From positions 1 to 46,285 of IMG/VR virus record IMGVR_UViG_3300038393_001395: DNA of 46,285 nt. One strand, given 5' to 3'. This stretch comes from a virus. Its lineage: Duplodnaviria > Caudoviricetes. This document shows positions 43,928 through 46,285 of the stretch, piece by piece. Position 1 is the first letter of the stretch. Each line of letters begins with the position of its first letter. Below the pieces are notes generated by a model, which ran no database searches, was not told the origin of the DNA, and saw only the letters and a list, made by a program, of their open reading frames with translations. Both the position numbers and the translations under genes were made by a program.

Positions 43928-44409
43928 CCGTGAAGGGAACCCGCACGGGCGAAATCGTCACCGAGTGGGGCGACGAGGACCGCACGTTCCGCCTCGGCAT
44001 CGGCCAATGGCGGAAGCTTCAGGAAAAACTCGACGTGGGCCCGGGCGAACTCGCCCGGCGCCTCGGCGGGCTACTGGAGTTCCGCCGGCGGTTCCCCAAG
44101 GCGTCGATCGTGGAGCTGCTGCTGCTGGGGGGCGCCGGCGACTGGCGGGTGGACGACGTCCGTGAGGTGCTGATGCAGGGCCTCGTCGGCGGCGGGCTGA
44201 ACCCGACCGAGGCGGGCCGCCTTGTTCGCGATCTGCACGACGAGCGCCCCCTGCTCGAGAACGTCCCCCTGGCGTTCGAGATCGTGCTGGCCTCGTTCAT
44301 CGGTCCTGAGGACGAACCCCTGGGAAAGCCTCAGGGGGAGGCGGAAGCGAACCCCTCCCCCGCGGAAAGCTCCGCTTCGCCGACCTCTACGGAAACGGCG
44401 CCGTCGTAG
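43924..44409 (+). CDS. Tail assembly chaperone G (GTA gp10-like)
   Basis: Between tube and TMP; FRLGIG...LQE..D.GP; GL.GGG..P.EA. Confidence 0.8.
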   Translation: MTVKGTRTGEIVTEWGDEDRTFRLGIGQWRKLQEKLDVGPGELARRLGGLLEFRRRFPKASIVELLLLGGAGDWRVDDVREVLMQGLVGGGLNPTEAGRLVRDLHDERPLLENVPLAFEIVLASFIGPEDEPLGKPQGEAEANPSPAESSASPTSTETAPS

Positions 44410-44573
44410 GCTTCACGCCTGCCCAGGTCGACGAAATGAGCCTGTGGCAGCTCCACGCCTGCATCGAGGGCTTCAGCAAGGCCAACGGCGGCGACACGGA
44501 ACGCCCTCTCAGCGGCGAGGAAGTCGCCGAACTCTCCGAACTTCTGGACCAAAAACCCGTGTGGGAGCGCTGA
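44322..44573 (+). CDS. Chaperone GT extension via -1 frameshift at G-GGA-AAG
   Basis: Lambda-identical slippery heptamer in the correct phase; -1 frame is open to TGA 44571-44573 (GFTPAQVDEMSLWQ). Confidence 0.8.
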   Translation, partial: GKASGGGGSEPLPRGKLRFADLYGNGAVVGFTPAQVDEMSLWQLHACIEGFSKANGGDTERPLSGEEVAELSELLDQKPVWER

Positions 44574-44576
44574 CGC

Positions 44577-46285
44577 ATGGCCGACGTCGTCGAACGCCTC
44601 ATCACCGAGTGGGACGCGGACTTCTCCAAGCTCGACGCCAAGCTGGATAAGCTGCAGCGTTCGGTTCACGGGGCCGCCTACAACGTCGAAAAGCGCCTCA
44701 AGGCGGTCAACGACAACGCCTGGGACAAGCTCTTTTCCAAGGGCAACCCGGGCAAGGCGCTCGACTCCATCTTCGACAACACCCGTCTGAAGGTGCTGGA
44801 CTCGGGCGTGGCACGGGTGGGCCTGTTCGGCTCGGCCTTGGAAGAGCTCGGCGCGGCTGGGATCGCAGGGGCGGCGGGGATTGGCGTTCTTGCCGCCACG
44901 CTCGCCAAGGCCAGGGACGCGATGTCCTTCGCCGACGAACTGTCGGACTCCGCCGTCGCGGCTCAGGTCGGGGTGGAGGCCCTGCAAGAGTACCGCTTCG
45001 CCGCGCTGGCGGCTGGCGGCGCGGAGAAGGACGCCGACGAGGCGCTGAAGGGGTTCAGCAAGAGCCTCGGCGACGCCATCAGCGGTTCGCCCAAGGCGCT
45101 GAAGTGGTTCAAGGCGCTGGGCTTCGACCGCGACCAGCTCAAGGCCATGGGCGACGTCGAGCACGCGCTCCCGAAGGTCGCCGACGCCGTCGCCAACCTG
45201 GGCTCCGAAGCGCAGCGCGCGGCCTTCGCCGACCACCTGGGCCTGCGTCCGCTGCTGCCGGTGATCGAACAGGGGGAGGGGGCGCTCAAGCGGCTCACCA
45301 CCCAAGCGCGCGCGCTCGGCATCGTGCTCAGCGAGGAGATGGTCAAGAAGGCCGGCGACGCCCACGACAAGGTCGAGATCCTCTCCAAGGTCATCAACCT
45401 TCAGCTGATGAGCGCGACGGCCGACCTCGCCCCGGTGATCGTGGGCGCGATGCAGGCGGTGGCCGACTTCGCCAAGGGCGTAAACAGCTTCACCAAGGAC
45501 GTGAAGGACGCGATCCCGGCCGTCGAGCGCATCAACGAACTGGCCGGCGCCCTGAATGGGATGAGCGTCATTCGCCTGGTCCTGAAGACCGAGGGCTTTG
45601 ACGACGAGAAGGTTCTCAATCTCCTTCGCCTGCTGAACCCGGTCGAACTGGCGAAGTTTCAGGGCAAGTTCGCGCTTCAGTCGCTCGGCATTGAAGGCCG
45701 GGCCGCCAAGCGCGCCGAAGACATGCAAGGTCTTTCGGGGCGGCTGAAGTCGGCCATGGATGGCCGGAAGATCGACACCTCGGGCTTCGGCACGCCCTAC
45801 GCCCCGCCGGAGAGCAAGGAAACACCGACTCTTCCCGGAACCGGCAAGGCCAAAGAGAACAAATTCGCCGACGACAAGCGCGAGGCGGACCAGCGGCTGG
45901 AGGACCAACTCGCCGCCATCGCTCGGGACAAGCTCGCCCTCGCCCTGAACGATTTCGCGACCCTGGACCAGCAGGCCAAGGTCCACCAACAGCAGCTCGA
46001 CGCGGAAAAGGACGAGTTCGACCGTCGCCTGAAGAACCAGGAAGCCGACTACGCCGCGAAGCTGGATGCCCAAGTCCGCGAGAAGACGTTGCGCGGCGAC
46101 CAGCGCGACGCACTCGTTGCCGAGAACAAGGCCGCGAACGACCAACTCCGGGCGCAAAACGACTCTGTCGTCGCTCAGAAGAAGACTATCCAGGCGCTGG
46201 AGGATTGGGCGAAGAAAACCCGCGCGCTGGCGGATGCGACTGCGTCCGTGCTCGACAGCCAAGCCGAGATCGACCAGCAACTCGC
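44577..46285 (+). CDS. Tail tape measure protein, N-terminal part
   Basis: ATG 4 nt after the GT stop; open to the window end; not in the ORF track because it lacks a stop in the window. Confidence 0.9.
   Translation, partial: MADVVERLITEWDADFSKLDAKLDKLQRSVHGAAYNVEKRLKAVNDNAWDKLFSKGNPGKALDSIFDNTRLKVLDSGVARVGLFGSALEELGAAGIAGAAGIGVLAATLAKARDAMSFADELSDSAVAAQVGVEALQEYRFAALAAGGAEKDADEALKGFSKSLGDAISGSPKALKWFKALGFDRDQLKAMGDVEHALPKVADAVANLGSEAQRAAFADHLGLRPLLPVIEQGEGALKRLTTQARALGIVLSEEMVKKAGDAHDKVEILSKVINLQLMSATADLAPVIVGAMQAVADFAKGVNSFTKDVKDAIPAVERINELAGALNGMSVIRLVLKTEGFDDEKVLNLLRLLNPVELAKFQGKFALQSLGIEGRAAKRAEDMQGLSGRLKSAMDGRKIDTSGFGTPYAPPESKETPTLPGTGKAKENKFADDKREADQRLEDQLAAIARDKLALALNDFATLDQQAKVHQQQLDAEKDEFDRRLKNQEADYAAKLDAQVREKTLRGDQRDALVAENKAANDQLRAQNDSVVAQKKTIQALEDWAKKTRALADATASVLDSQAEIDQQL
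46159..46285 (+). repeat. 127-bp terminal direct repeat, copy 2
   Basis: Identical to 1-127. Confidence 0.95.

Larger units (their letters stand above)
1..46285. mobile_element. Complete temperate siphovirus genome (circularised, 46,158 bp unique), alphaproteobacterial host
   Basis: Full set of head, tail, lysis, integration, immunity and replication modules; terminal overlap; intact attP. Confidence 0.95.

Noticed and set aside
1-46285. CRISPR array, IS element or gene transfer agent
   Set aside because: No repeat-spacer array or transposase seen; integrase, immunity and replication modules indicate a true phage despite GTA-like tail genes.

Overview
The window is a complete, circular temperate siphophage genome of 46,158 bp. 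Bases 1-127 duplicate 46159-46285, which is an assembly overlap that splits the tape-measure gene. The host is alphaproteobacterial, probably Caulobacteraceae, judged from high GC, a GcrA homologue, a GAAC-N7-GAAC LexA box and a Caulobacter-type TonB-C domain. The layout is lambdoid/HK97-like: head genes (HNH, terS, terL, portal, protease, MCP), tail genes with a GGGAAAG -1 frameshift, tail tip and receptor-binding genes, lysis cassette, attP (3' half of tRNA-Arg-CCT) plus integrase/xis, a leftward early operon, a cI/cro switch with four matching operators, and a rightward replication operon. The most unusual elements are: (1) a C5 methyltransferase encoded in two nested reading frames; (2) a secreted TonB C-terminal-domain protein in the rexAB-like slot of the immunity region; (3) an SGNH esterase abutting an antisense Wzy/O-antigen-ligase moron; (4) a GcrA with a duplicated N-terminal domain, near an N6/N4 MTase carrying an inserted HTH; and (5) a LexA-box-led cluster of small genes beside attP. 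All functional calls come from motif recognition and synteny by eye; no database searches were run.
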